The notes under the pieces are model-generated. The model saw only the letters and a list, made by a program, of their open reading frames with translations. It was not told where the DNA came from and ran no database searches. This document shows, piece by piece, positions 20,394 through 29,552 of a stretch of 64,000 nucleotides of DNA. Within the stretch, counting starts at the first letter, position 1; every line of letters begins with the position of its first letter. The position numbers and the translations under genes are program-made. The stretch is from an uncultured Porphyromonadaceae bacterium (GTDB lineage Bacteria; Bacteroidota; Bacteroidia; Bacteroidales; UBA11471), in the NCBI GenBank assembly GCA_900547555.1, contig URHG01000001.1, positions 53,628 to 117,627 on the forward strand, read 5' to 3'.

Positions 20394-20401
20394 CAAAGAT
20401 A
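20394..20401 (-). promoter_or_regulatory. Candidate internal -7 box (TATCTTTG) upstream of GH2
   Basis: TAnnTTTG match 56 nt upstream of the trimmed GH2 ATG, in the 176-nt CE12-GH2 gap. Confidence 0.35.
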
Positions 20402-20514
20402 CGTTTTTTCTTTCAAAAGCACGATCCCTTCCATGCAAAAACAAGATACCCGAAACTGCAAATCCCGAATACCTTGATGCGAATCGTTCCCGACAAAAGT
20501 CCGTAGGAAAAAGG

Positions 20515-21312
20515 TTATTCGAGCAATTTCTTCAATTTACAACCTTTCAGTTGCACGATTTGTCCGGCAACAACCTCGGCGTTGATACGCGCACCTTTCT
20601 CCGAGGTATGCGTCCAGTCGGCATCGGTAAAGCAGGCCTTCACCGCCTCCTGTCCCATTTCGTCGTATATATCGGCGATCAACGTATTCAGGTCGATGCA
20701 GGGAACACCTTCTTCCTCGGCCACCCGGCGAGCCCATACGGCATGAGCCGTGTCGCGCATCACCTTCCCGTTTTTCCAGCGATTGCGAGGTATCAGCGTA
20801 CAAAGCACAGGCTGTGCACCTTTTGCACGAGCATCGTCGATATACTTACGCAAATAGGCTCCATAAGTCAAGACGGTCTCTTCCCGGCCGGTCATCTCCA
20901 CGACCCCAGTCGTATCCCGGTCGTCAACTCCTTTCAGCGAAGCCCGGGGACGATTTCCCGCAAAGAGTTCTCCCCCGTCGTTATGGCCGAATTGTATAAT
21001 GACATAATCTCCTTTCCGCAACGAATCGCACACGGAATCCCACCGACCTTCGGTGATGAACGTACGACTGCTGCGGCCTCCGATGGCCCGGTTGCGGACT
21101 TCGGCCTTCGTATCATCGAAATACTCGCCGATGAAGCTGCCCCAGCCCCACTGCCCCCGGTCGCCGCGTCCCTGACCGTTTTTCACGGTCGAGTCGCCGA
21201 TCACATAAACGAGCGTCTTTTTATCTTTCTTTTCTTTCCGGGCATACGCTTCGGACACGCAGAACGACTGCACCGCCACAAGAAGCCCCAAAATAAACGC
21301 AATTTTTTTCAT
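20515..21312 (-). CDS. SGNH/CE12-type rhamnogalacturonan acetylesterase
   Basis: Trimmed to MKKIAFILGLL (ATG at 21312). SGNH blocks are present: VYVIGDSTV (block I), GGRSSRTF (II), GHNDG (III) and DWTHTSEKG (V). Confidence 0.8.
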   Translation of the reverse strand: MKKIAFILGLLVAVQSFCVSEAYARKEKKDKKTLVYVIGDSTVKNGQGRGDRGQWGWGSFIGEYFDDTKAEVRNRAIGGRSSRTFITEGRWDSVCDSLRKGDYVIIQFGHNDGGELFAGNRPRASLKGVDDRDTTGVVEMTGREETVLTYGAYLRKYIDDARAKGAQPVLCTLIPRNRWKNGKVMRDTAHAVWARRVAEEEGVPCIDLNTLIADIYDEMGQEAVKACFTDADWTHTSEKGARINAEVVAGQIVQLKGCKLKKLLE

Positions 21313-21328
21313 ATCGATAAAATTACAC

Positions 21329-21358
21329 AAAAAGGATACCTTTCGGGGTATCCTTTTT
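21329..21358 (-). terminator. Terminator-like hairpin between the PL1 and CE12 genes
   Basis: GGATACC-TTTCGG-GGTATCC is flanked by A5/T5. On the minus strand the stem is followed by TTTTTGTGTAATTTT. It ends only ~17 nt upstream of the CE12 start codon. Confidence 0.6.
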
Positions 21359-21375
21359 GCATAGAATGAGGTTTA

Positions 21376-24249
21376 TTAGTATTTCATCATACGGGCCGTA
21401 CGGGTCGTATCGTCGGCAATAACAACACAGTTATAAACACCGGCGGGCAGGTCTTCGAGACCTTTGACTTCGATCATACCGCCCGAAATGGTCAAATCGT
21501 TACTGTAAACAAGAGCACCCGACAGACTGTAAATCTCAACCTTAGCGGTTCCTATGCTCTGCGGGAGAGCCACCGTGAAGCAGTCTTTGAACGGATTTGG
21601 ATAAACAGCTACGTCTTCATTTTCCGAAGCGGTAACTTCTTCGATAGCCGTTACACCATGCTCGTACTTCGACTTGATTTCGAGTTCGGTGAGGGCTTCG
21701 TTGTAAAGCGTAACTTCATCGATAGATCCGATAAAGGGAGCATCGAAATTGATATTGACATTACCGATAACAAACGCTTCGTCTCCATCAATAGCACCGG
21801 TAGCATCACTGGCCGAGGCTTTGAGTTCACCGTCGATGTACAGAAGCAGTTTTTGATTCTCAACATCGCGCACGGCAACTACATGATGCCAGTTTCCGTC
21901 GAAATAAGAGGTTGCGGAAACCTCTGCCAAAGATTTGGTTACATCATCATCTACACCGAAATAAAGAACTCCTTTCTTATATTCGAGACCGAACCATTTA
22001 CCGGTATTTCCGTTGCTGCCCGATGCATGACTACCTTTGTGAAGGAGATAACGGCTCTGCGAGCTGTTACCGGCAGTAGACTTGAACCACAACTCATACG
22101 AGAAAGGTGCACTCTCAAATACGATTTCGTCGTACGAAGGAACGATCATACCGTCGGTCGTATTGGCAGCATCGAAAGATATGGCACCGTTGATTTTGCC
22201 TTCACCCCATACCGGAACATACGAACCGTAAGGAGTGGCATCATTGGCCATGATTTCTTCATCGGTAGGCGCATTTACAGCCATAGAACCCGATGTTTCG
22301 TCAAATGAGAAATAAGCGACTTTCGTACGCACGGGTTCTTGTCCGGTCGTGAAACTCCACACCTCTCCCTGCGTTCTGCCGTAAGTATTCTTCGCATCGA
22401 TTCTCCAATAATAGGTGGTATTCTGCTCTACGTCCATCGTATATGACTTACTACGTATCGTAGCTACGGAATCGAGCTGGTCGGGCGACGTTCCCACATA
22501 TACGTAGTAATAGGGACGGCCCGTTGTTTCGTTCGAGAATTTAAGCGTTACCGTCGTATATTCGGCAATCGTTTCACCATTAGCGGGAACAGGATCGGTC
22601 GAGAGGTCGGGTTCGCCCGGAGCACCTTTGGTGCGGAAAGAGAGCGTAGCGGGAAGCGACTCCATATCGCCGGTAAAGGTAGTCAAACGCAGCGTATAAT
22701 TTGTTTTCTCCGAGAGACCTTTTATCGTACAGGAAGTTGCATCGGTATTGATCGTATTCACGAGCTGATATTCTCCGCCCTCAGGCATCACTTCCACGCG
22801 GATTTTCGCTCCGGCAGCTTTTTCGTGGCACTCAAAAGCCACCGTAATACTGTCGGTACCCAACGACTTGGCAAGAATCTCTACCGGATACTTCAAGAAA
22901 GCAACAGGCGATGCAGGTATGCTGTTGATATAATTTTCGATATTCAGGTAACCATTGGGAGCCACCATCACGGCATCGGAAGCATCATTGGGATTCAATT
23001 CGTTAGCTTCTTCCCACCAATCGGGCATACCATCGTAATCGCTATCCACAGGCTTCGGGGCATTGTAGATATTTCCCACACCGTTTACCAATCCCAATAC
23101 TGATTCACTCGAAATAATCACGCCTTTATTTCCCAAAGAACGCAACTCATCGATGACGTATTCATCGACTTCATCCCGATCGGGCAAACAGGCACCGACA
23201 CTATCAACGACCCATTGATATGCCTCCTCGGCCGTCATCGACATCGAAGCAATAGGAGCATGAGGATGTTCCGAAGGATATTCTTCGCTTTGCAACAAGT
23301 CTTCAAACGAATCAACACGGGTCGCACGGGCGAAATCGTTCTCGTCCATATCACGACCGTTAAGGACACCATCCCTCGACATATCGGTTTTGTTTCCGCG
23401 CTGGTAAACAGTTGTCAACTGATTTCCAGAACCGACCCCATTTCCACCGGAATTCGGACCTTGGATAAAATAGTTAGACTGTACATCGGCCCAAATACGT
23501 CCTTCGGAATCACCACCGAGGTTGTAACCGCCACCGCTACCCCAGTTATACACCACATTGTTGATGTACTGGTTAAGACCTTTCACCTTATGGTTACGGG
23601 TATTATTATCGGCATAGAGATTCCGGTAAAGCGTTACCCCACCCACAGTATTGGTCGGTTGGCAAAGACCACCGGCCGAGTGAGGCAAAAGGCCTTGGCT
23701 CATAATGGTTTTTTGAATTGTGATATTTCCTACTCCACCGTTCTTACCATCGGAATTGATCGAGAAAGTCTCATCTTTTCCCCATGAAATGGAACAATGG
23801 TCAAATATCATATTGGAACCGTTGGCTATACCAGCGGCATCATTTTGTCCGCGACCACTCATTCCCATACGGATACGCAGATAACGGACGATAATATCGC
23901 TGGCTCCGGAAAACGAAGTGCGTTCTCCGTAAATGACAATACCACTACCGGGAGCCGTCTGCCCGGCAATTGTCAGATTCTTGGAAAACACAAGAGGACT
24001 TTTAATTCGAATTACACCTGCTACATCAAAAACAACAATGCGATTAGGTTGACTGACAGCATCACGTAAAGATCCCTTTCCCGAGTCATTGAGATTGGTT
24101 ACATGGTACACTGTCGGATTTTCTCCAGCGCGCGCACCTCGTGCAAAACGGCCGTAACCTTCCGCTCCCGGGAATGCAATCAGCTCATCGGCCACCGCCC
24201 CGGCAAGGCAAGCAAATGCCATACAAAATGTTAGTAAAATTCTTTTCAT
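21376..24249 (-). CDS. PL1-type pectate lyase with FN3-like and LamG/ConA-like modules and a T9SS C-terminal sorting domain
   Basis: 957 aa. The N-terminus AFPGAEGYGRFARGARAG..VYHVTNLNDSGKGSLRDAV..IAGQTAPG..VRYLRIRMG is pectate-lyase-like. A Ca-binding-like DSDYDGMPDWWE motif follows. The C-terminus VAVYPNPFKDCFTV...GVYNCVVIADD is a Por/T9SS tail. Confidence 0.8.
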   Translation of the reverse strand: MKRILLTFCMAFACLAGAVADELIAFPGAEGYGRFARGARAGENPTVYHVTNLNDSGKGSLRDAVSQPNRIVVFDVAGVIRIKSPLVFSKNLTIAGQTAPGSGIVIYGERTSFSGASDIIVRYLRIRMGMSGRGQNDAAGIANGSNMIFDHCSISWGKDETFSINSDGKNGGVGNITIQKTIMSQGLLPHSAGGLCQPTNTVGGVTLYRNLYADNNTRNHKVKGLNQYINNVVYNWGSGGGYNLGGDSEGRIWADVQSNYFIQGPNSGGNGVGSGNQLTTVYQRGNKTDMSRDGVLNGRDMDENDFARATRVDSFEDLLQSEEYPSEHPHAPIASMSMTAEEAYQWVVDSVGACLPDRDEVDEYVIDELRSLGNKGVIISSESVLGLVNGVGNIYNAPKPVDSDYDGMPDWWEEANELNPNDASDAVMVAPNGYLNIENYINSIPASPVAFLKYPVEILAKSLGTDSITVAFECHEKAAGAKIRVEVMPEGGEYQLVNTINTDATSCTIKGLSEKTNYTLRLTTFTGDMESLPATLSFRTKGAPGEPDLSTDPVPANGETIAEYTTVTLKFSNETTGRPYYYVYVGTSPDQLDSVATIRSKSYTMDVEQNTTYYWRIDAKNTYGRTQGEVWSFTTGQEPVRTKVAYFSFDETSGSMAVNAPTDEEIMANDATPYGSYVPVWGEGKINGAISFDAANTTDGMIVPSYDEIVFESAPFSYELWFKSTAGNSSQSRYLLHKGSHASGSNGNTGKWFGLEYKKGVLYFGVDDDVTKSLAEVSATSYFDGNWHHVVAVRDVENQKLLLYIDGELKASASDATGAIDGDEAFVIGNVNINFDAPFIGSIDEVTLYNEALTELEIKSKYEHGVTAIEEVTASENEDVAVYPNPFKDCFTVALPQSIGTAKVEIYSLSGALVYSNDLTISGGMIEVKGLEDLPAGVYNCVVIADDTTRTARMMKY

Positions 24250-24557
24250 GTGTATAAGTTATTTTAGGTTTATAACATCTCAAATACAAATAATCCCCGA
24301 CACTCTCCCTTTTTCCGGAGAAAATGTCCGATGAAGGCAATTCTTATGACGGATAAAATGAAAATTCAAAGGATTGTTTTCATGGTACATCAAAGAATAC
24401 GAGGCATTAGGGGTTACAAATAAACAAAATATTGCCTCTCGACTGACTGCAAATATTGATAGATAAACTTCCTTAAATGATTTTATCGAATTATCGAACC
24501 TTCTATTATTCCGAAATGTCGAGTATCGAAAAGCACAAACGAAACAAGTATTTTCAA

Positions 24558-25786
24558 GAGATTCCTCACATACGTTCGGAATGACGCGCATGTCATTTTG
24601 GCGACCGCAGAGAGGAAGAATCTCTTACCAAAGTACACGTCATTCTGAGGGGTATTGACCCCGAAGAATCTCGTTCATAAATGGATTGGGATTCCTCACA
24701 TGCGTTCGGAATGACATTTAGGTTACAGCCCTAAAAAGCATCCGTCATTCTGAATGAAACGAAGTGAAATGAAGAATCTCAACCAATAAAGAGTTGGGGC
24801 TTCCTCACACTCAGCCCTTCGGTTCGGAATGCACGTATGTCATTCTGAGACGCGAAGTGTCGAAGAATCTCCTGCCAAATAGGGCGTATGGTATGAGATC
24901 TCTCACATGCGTTCGAGATGACAGTAATGTCATTCTGACGACCGCAGGGAGGAAGAATCTCTTGGATAGGAACATTGAGGGAGAGATGCTACACTACCGT
25001 TCAGCACAACAAGGTATTCTTTTTGGGATTCCTCGCGTACGCTCGGAATGACATTTGGGTTGCCGTTCTCAAAGTATCTGTCATTCTGAATGGAACGAAG
25101 TGTAATGAAGAATCTCTACCAATAGAGCGTGAGAGATTCCTCGTCGGCCTTACGCCCTCGCTCGGAATGACATTCGACAGTCATACGGAGCAGTCGAAGT
25201 ATCTCCGACTCGTAACATTCTATCACTCTACGCGCAAATGCCAATTTCATGTAGGCGAAGGCGTGCCCGCATTTATCGGGCTGCCGGGAGCAAGGGAGAA
25301 GACGGAAAGAGGGCGAGGACTGTTTGAGCGGAGCGAGTTCCGCAGCACCCGTCGGCGACCGATGCGGAAGGCAGGAATACCCGATAACCGGCGGGCGACC
25401 TTTCTGGGTTACTTCTTTGCGGCGGGAAAGAAGTAACAGACAACTGTCATTCTGAACATAGCGTGAGCGGAGTGAAGAATCCCAAACAAAAAGCATGAGA
25501 TTCCTCACATGCGTTCGGAATGACATTTGGGTTGCCGTTCTCAAAGTATCTGTCATTCTGAATAGAACAAAGTGTAATGAAGAATCTCAACCAATAAAGA
25601 GTCAAGGATTCCTCACACTCAGCCTATCGGCTTCGGTTCGGAATGCACGTATGTCATTCTGACGACCGTAAGGGAGGAAGAATCTCTTGGATAGGAGCGT
25701 TGAGGGTGAGATGCTTCACTGCCGTTCAGCATGACAAGGTATTCTTTTTGGGATTCCTCAATGCGTTTGGAATGAAATCGGAATGA
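24558..25786. repeat. Array 1 of a REP/BIME-like imperfect-palindrome family (~20 copies, alternating orientation)
   Basis: The forward form is GAGATTCCTCACATGCGTTCGGAATGAC (24558-24585, 24688-24715, 25497-25524). The reverse form is GTCATTCTGA-N11-17-GAAGAATCTC (24592-24624, 24744-24780, 25080-25116, 25552-25588). There is no credible ORF. Confidence 0.9.
25228..25445 (+). repeat. ~220-bp structured repeat ('element B'), copy 1
   Basis: It aligns by eye with 37754-37980 and with the reverse complement of 31625-31852. It contains GCCCGC-AT-TTATCGGG ... CCCGATAA-N-GCGGGC long-range pairing and the hairpin GTTACTTCTTT-GCGGCGGG-AAAGAAGTAAC (25408-25437). The 5' ~40 nt are more diverged than in the other copies. 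Confidence 0.85.
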
Positions 25787-25794
25787 GAACAAAA

Positions 25795-25822
25795 AAGAGG
25801 GGCGCTTTAAAGTGCCCCTCTT
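25795..25822 (-). terminator. Terminator after the T9SS-cargo gene
   Basis: AAGAGGGGC-GCTTTAAAGT-GCCCCTCTT. On the minus strand TTTTTTG follows. Confidence 0.7.
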
Positions 25823-25845
25823 CTATATTATTAACAATCGTGAGA

Positions 25846-28155
25846 TTACTCAACGATGAGTTTTTGCGTATAAGCTTTGTCGGCCGTCGTTACGCGAACA
25901 TAATAGATACCGGCTTGCAAATCCGAAACATCGAGCGTCAAAGTCGATTCAGCGGTAGCAACCGATTTCACCAACTGAGCAGCCGAGTTGTACACAGCCA
26001 CATTTGCCACTTCACCGGCAGCTACGGCAATCGTAACGTTTCCACCCCGAGCAGGATTGGGATATACCTGCAAGTTGCTATTGTCGGCATCTACGCTTTC
26101 GATAGCATCGGGTTCTGCCTCACCATTACCGGCTTTCGTACATTTGGCCACCAACTTGTATTGAGCAGGAGCAATAACGGTCGTTACATTTTCGCCTTTG
26201 ATCGGATCATATTCCGTTTTGGTCTCAGCAGGAACTTTCACAGATTTCAATTCGAACGTTGCGCCATTGAAAGCATCGTCTACGATCAAATTGAAACAGG
26301 TCTCATCGGTTACGCCATCAACGTAGCTTCTGAGGGTATCAGCTTGCATGAGGACGATTTCATCGCCTTCGGCTACTGACCATTTGTCGCGCGGAGCAAG
26401 TTTGATGTTGATCTTTGCTTCTGTTCCTGCTTCGGTATCGCTGTAAACGCGGATTTCATTTTCAACCATTACTACGTCGTGTTTATCTTTGTCGATGATT
26501 TCGAACTCGATATTTGCACCGTTGTAGAGGAGCAAATTAGCGGCCGTACCGGCGGTTCTTTCGAAAATGGTATTTCCTTGTTGTTCCGTACTTACAGGTC
26601 CATTGCTTTTACCTGTTTTATAAGATATTTTAGCAAATGACGCATCAATCCGCAAGGTATCTACGGCATCGCTACCGGGCTGCATCGTACCATAGAGAGC
26701 GGTGTGGCCACCGATCGTTCCGAACCCGCCGATTGTTCCGGTCGGGCGACAAGTTACCGTATTGTTGCTCGACACTTTATTTTGTCCCGTAGCCGTCGTA
26801 TTTTGAGGATCGGGGTTATTGAAGAGCACGCGGCCTTCCCATACTTCTACACCCAAGAATATTTGATTTTCATTCGAAGTAATATAGTAGGTTCCTTTTC
26901 CTTCCTTGATAAGACCGACACCACATTCTCTATAAGGACCCCAACCCGTATCATTGGCACCTTTTACACTAGCTGTAAATACACCATCGAGATAACCATC
27001 TGCATCATCGCCGAAAAGAATTACCCCCTGAGGATTTGAAGCCTTATAATATCCTCTCATCGCAGAAGTCTTTTTCATATTTAAACTTTTCACATGCAAA
27101 AGAGCTACATTGGGAGCACCCCCAGCCGACTCAAATGCAATAGAAACGTCTTCACCTATCGTAACATCACTATTGGAAAGATCATAGAACAAACTATCGA
27201 TAAGATTTCCGTTTTTAGCTTTGTTCAACCACACATTGTAAAGCAAAGAGTCCCCCTCGGTTTTAGCATAAAATGCTTTCGAGGCAGCAGTTCCTTTTGC
27301 CGACTCCGCCGGGAAAATTATACCGCTAAAATCAGACTCGCTGTCATCAGATTTCAAAATATTGAATTTGCCAGTAAATCCCGAGAAATCGGCAGGATGA
27401 GTATTTTTTGAACCAGACAAGAATACACGTTCACCCCGAGAATAAACATTTATAGTACCGTTTCCGGTAACATAAATATTGGTATCACTCGTCATATAGG
27501 TATAACGAGAGGGATAAAGATTCCACGTAGAACCGTCGGTAATGTTGACATCGGCACCGAAAGCAGCATAGTCGCTGCCCATACTACCTAAATCGACAGT
27601 ACCCTCACCGTCAATAGTAACTTTCTTACCGAAAACAGTCGTAGCAATAGACGATTTCGACTTACGAGCTACCGTACCGCCTTTTATAACGGTTCCGCCG
27701 GGCAAGTTATTTACAACATCGGTGTAGAGCGTTCCGTCGCCAAACTTAATCAAAGCGGCATCGGGTGCTGCGGCAGCCGCATTGAAAGCTACCGTTTCCG
27801 ACTCGGGACTGAACGTATACGTAACTTTGGAGTTATCGACTTGGATTCCGCCGAGTTCCAATCCGGTTCCTACCGTAATCGTGGGAGAATCGGTATTCAT
27901 ACCGAAGTCGGGATTGGTGAGAACGTTATACACCTCGTCATTGAACAATGCGATATTGCCACTCACGAATGATTGAGAATTCGGATCATCGGGATTCTCA
28001 TCAACCCCGATCCAAGTCTGGAAAGTCGTGGTCCACGGGAACAGCAACCCTTCCGCGTCCATATCATTCACTGCTGCCCATTTCTGAGTAGTAGTTTGCG
28101 CAGACATACCTGCCGAAGCAAGAACAGCCGCTACTAAAAAAGTAATTTTCTTCAT
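25846..28155 (-). CDS. Secreted protein of unknown function with a T9SS C-terminal sorting domain (G/T/N/V-rich, possibly beta-helical)
   Basis: 769 aa with a signal peptide (MKKITFLVAAVLASAGMSAQ). The C-terminus LQVYPNPARGGNVTI...AGIYYVRVTTADKAYTQKLIVE is a Por/T9SS tail. I recognise no catalytic motif. It has its own terminator at 25795-25822. Confidence 0.7.
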   Translation of the reverse strand: MKKITFLVAAVLASAGMSAQTTTQKWAAVNDMDAEGLLFPWTTTFQTWIGVDENPDDPNSQSFVSGNIALFNDEVYNVLTNPDFGMNTDSPTITVGTGLELGGIQVDNSKVTYTFSPESETVAFNAAAAAPDAALIKFGDGTLYTDVVNNLPGGTVIKGGTVARKSKSSIATTVFGKKVTIDGEGTVDLGSMGSDYAAFGADVNITDGSTWNLYPSRYTYMTSDTNIYVTGNGTINVYSRGERVFLSGSKNTHPADFSGFTGKFNILKSDDSESDFSGIIFPAESAKGTAASKAFYAKTEGDSLLYNVWLNKAKNGNLIDSLFYDLSNSDVTIGEDVSIAFESAGGAPNVALLHVKSLNMKKTSAMRGYYKASNPQGVILFGDDADGYLDGVFTASVKGANDTGWGPYRECGVGLIKEGKGTYYITSNENQIFLGVEVWEGRVLFNNPDPQNTTATGQNKVSSNNTVTCRPTGTIGGFGTIGGHTALYGTMQPGSDAVDTLRIDASFAKISYKTGKSNGPVSTEQQGNTIFERTAGTAANLLLYNGANIEFEIIDKDKHDVVMVENEIRVYSDTEAGTEAKINIKLAPRDKWSVAEGDEIVLMQADTLRSYVDGVTDETCFNLIVDDAFNGATFELKSVKVPAETKTEYDPIKGENVTTVIAPAQYKLVAKCTKAGNGEAEPDAIESVDADNSNLQVYPNPARGGNVTIAVAAGEVANVAVYNSAAQLVKSVATAESTLTLDVSDLQAGIYYVRVTTADKAYTQKLIVE

Positions 28156-28234
28156 GATACTTTTGGTATTAGTTAAGTTATACTTGAATAAAAATATCTA
28201 TCAATATGATTTAGGTTTTTTCCAATAGGCAAAG

Positions 28235-28270
28235 AAAAGAGTTATTTCAGTGTGTTGAAATAACTCTTTT
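28235..28270. terminator. Bidirectional-looking terminator after GH105b
   Basis: AAAAGAGTTATTTCA-GTGTGT-TGAAATAACTCTTTT is a perfect 15-bp stem with A/T runs on both sides. Confidence 0.65.
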
Positions 28271-28329
28271 GATATTAAAACTGTTTTTTTTGGCAGTAGA
28301 CCCCTATTCCAAAAAAAATTTAGGATTTT

Positions 28330-29529
28330 TTACCGCTTGCGGGTGGGACGCGCCCCATGCGCGGCCTCGTATTTCTCGAGTTGTATGCAACCCATAATAA
28401 ACGGTCCGGTCGCTTTGGCGTCGTTATCGCGCATACGCTCGTGGATATAGTAATCGAACGAACCATCACGATACTTGCTGCCGCCCAATCCGCCCACGGC
28501 GCAACAACGGGTAAGCGTCCACGTCTTGTCGGGATTTTTCTTGAGCAACTCTTTGCGCAGCCCCTCGTAAGCCTTCTGCGCCACTCCGATATAGGAAGAG
28601 TCGATGTAACCTTTATTTACCGCCTTGGCGTAGGCATACATAAACTGCGACGTAACGGAAGCCTCGGGGAAATTGCCTTCACGGTCGATCTGGTCGAGAA
28701 CCTGATACCAAAGGCCGTCCTTGTCCTGATACTCGGGCAGCGTAACGGCCATGCCCTTGATTATCGTGATGAGATCGGCACGACGGGGGTGATTTTCGGG
28801 CACATAATCGAGCACATCGACCAGCGCCATGAACCACCAGCCCATGCTGCGTCCCCAGAAATTGGGCGAATGGCCGGTCGTAGGATCGGCCCAACGCTGA
28901 TTGCGGCTCTCGTCGTAAGCGTGGAAATAGAGCCCCGTGCGGTTGTCGAAGGTACGGCGGGCACAGATAAGGAACTGCTTCACGGCATCGTCGATCAACT
29001 CGGGCTTGTCGAAAGTCGCTCCGTAACGGGCCAGAAAAGGCGAAGCCATATAGAGGCCGTCGAGCCATATCTGGTAAGGATAGATGAGTTTATGCCAAAA
29101 CGCACCTTCATGGGTACGGGGCTGGCGTGCCAACTGACGGACAAGAACGTCCATCGCTTTTTTGTACTTGGGATCGCCCGTCTCGGCATAGACATCGAAA
29201 AGCACTTTCCCCGAGTTGATGAAATCGAGATTGTAATCGGCCATCTCATAGAGGTGGATTTCGCCCTTATCATTGATAAGGGTATCGGCCCACTCGGCCA
29301 CGTAATCGTAATACTTGCGGTCGCCGGTGTAATGCCACATGTCGAGCATGGCGCAACAGCCCACGCCCTGAGCATAACCGAAGAAGAGACGTTTACCGTG
29401 ATCGAGCTGCCAAGCCTCGGGTGCGCGCTTCATCTCCGACTCGGCAAACTCGACCGACATTTTCTGAGCCGAAAGGGCAAGCGAACATGCGCAACAGGCC
29501 GCAACGGCAAAAGAGGTTTTCCAATTCAT
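28330..29529 (-). CDS. GH105 unsaturated rhamnogalacturonyl hydrolase (YteR/YesR-like), copy b
   Basis: 399 aa with a signal peptide. HEGAFWHKLIYPYQIWLDGLYMASPF, FWGRSMGWW and SVTSQFMYAYAKA are typical GH105 blocks. Confidence 0.88.
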   Translation of the reverse strand: MNWKTSFAVAACCACSLALSAQKMSVEFAESEMKRAPEAWQLDHGKRLFFGYAQGVGCCAMLDMWHYTGDRKYYDYVAEWADTLINDKGEIHLYEMADYNLDFINSGKVLFDVYAETGDPKYKKAMDVLVRQLARQPRTHEGAFWHKLIYPYQIWLDGLYMASPFLARYGATFDKPELIDDAVKQFLICARRTFDNRTGLYFHAYDESRNQRWADPTTGHSPNFWGRSMGWWFMALVDVLDYVPENHPRRADLITIIKGMAVTLPEYQDKDGLWYQVLDQIDREGNFPEASVTSQFMYAYAKAVNKGYIDSSYIGVAQKAYEGLRKELLKKNPDKTWTLTRCCAVGGLGGSKYRDGSFDYYIHERMRDNDAKATGPFIMGCIQLEKYEAAHGARPTRKR

Positions 29530-29552
29530 GTTTTTCTTGTTTTTATGTGTAT

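Noticed and set aside
20341-20395. Possible solitary degenerate palindrome copy (CCGTTCGGAACATCTCTCGGAAAAAGAGAATC) in the CE12-GH2 gap
   Set aside because: It shares only short fragments (GTTCGGAA, GAGAATC) with the family, which is too weak to call without a statistical search.
20339-20461. 41-codon extension of the GH2 ORF
   Set aside because: The internal MKNRLFITLLVALCAG...VRAQ is a proper signal peptide, and the extension overlaps a candidate promoter box at 20394-20401.
24280-24591. 103-aa minus-strand ORF upstream of the PL1 gene
   Set aside because: It lies in an AT-rich promoter-like region and runs into the first palindrome. It has no motif and an implausible composition.
24794-25556. 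Track ORFs 24794..25051, 24975..25436 and 25116..25556 in array 1
   Set aside because: They are made entirely of the palindromic repeats and element B, and they overlap each other on both strands. Homologous 'ORFs' in arrays 2 and 3 are in different frames and orientations, so the conservation is at the nucleotide level and not in the reading frame.
24558-25786. Using G-U versus C-A asymmetry in the forward/reverse pairings to infer which strand is the functional RNA
   Set aside because: The signals conflict. CGGAATGAC/GTCATTCTG favours plus-strand RNA (G-U), while GATTCCTC/GAAGAATC favours minus-strand RNA. No orientation call is justified by eye.
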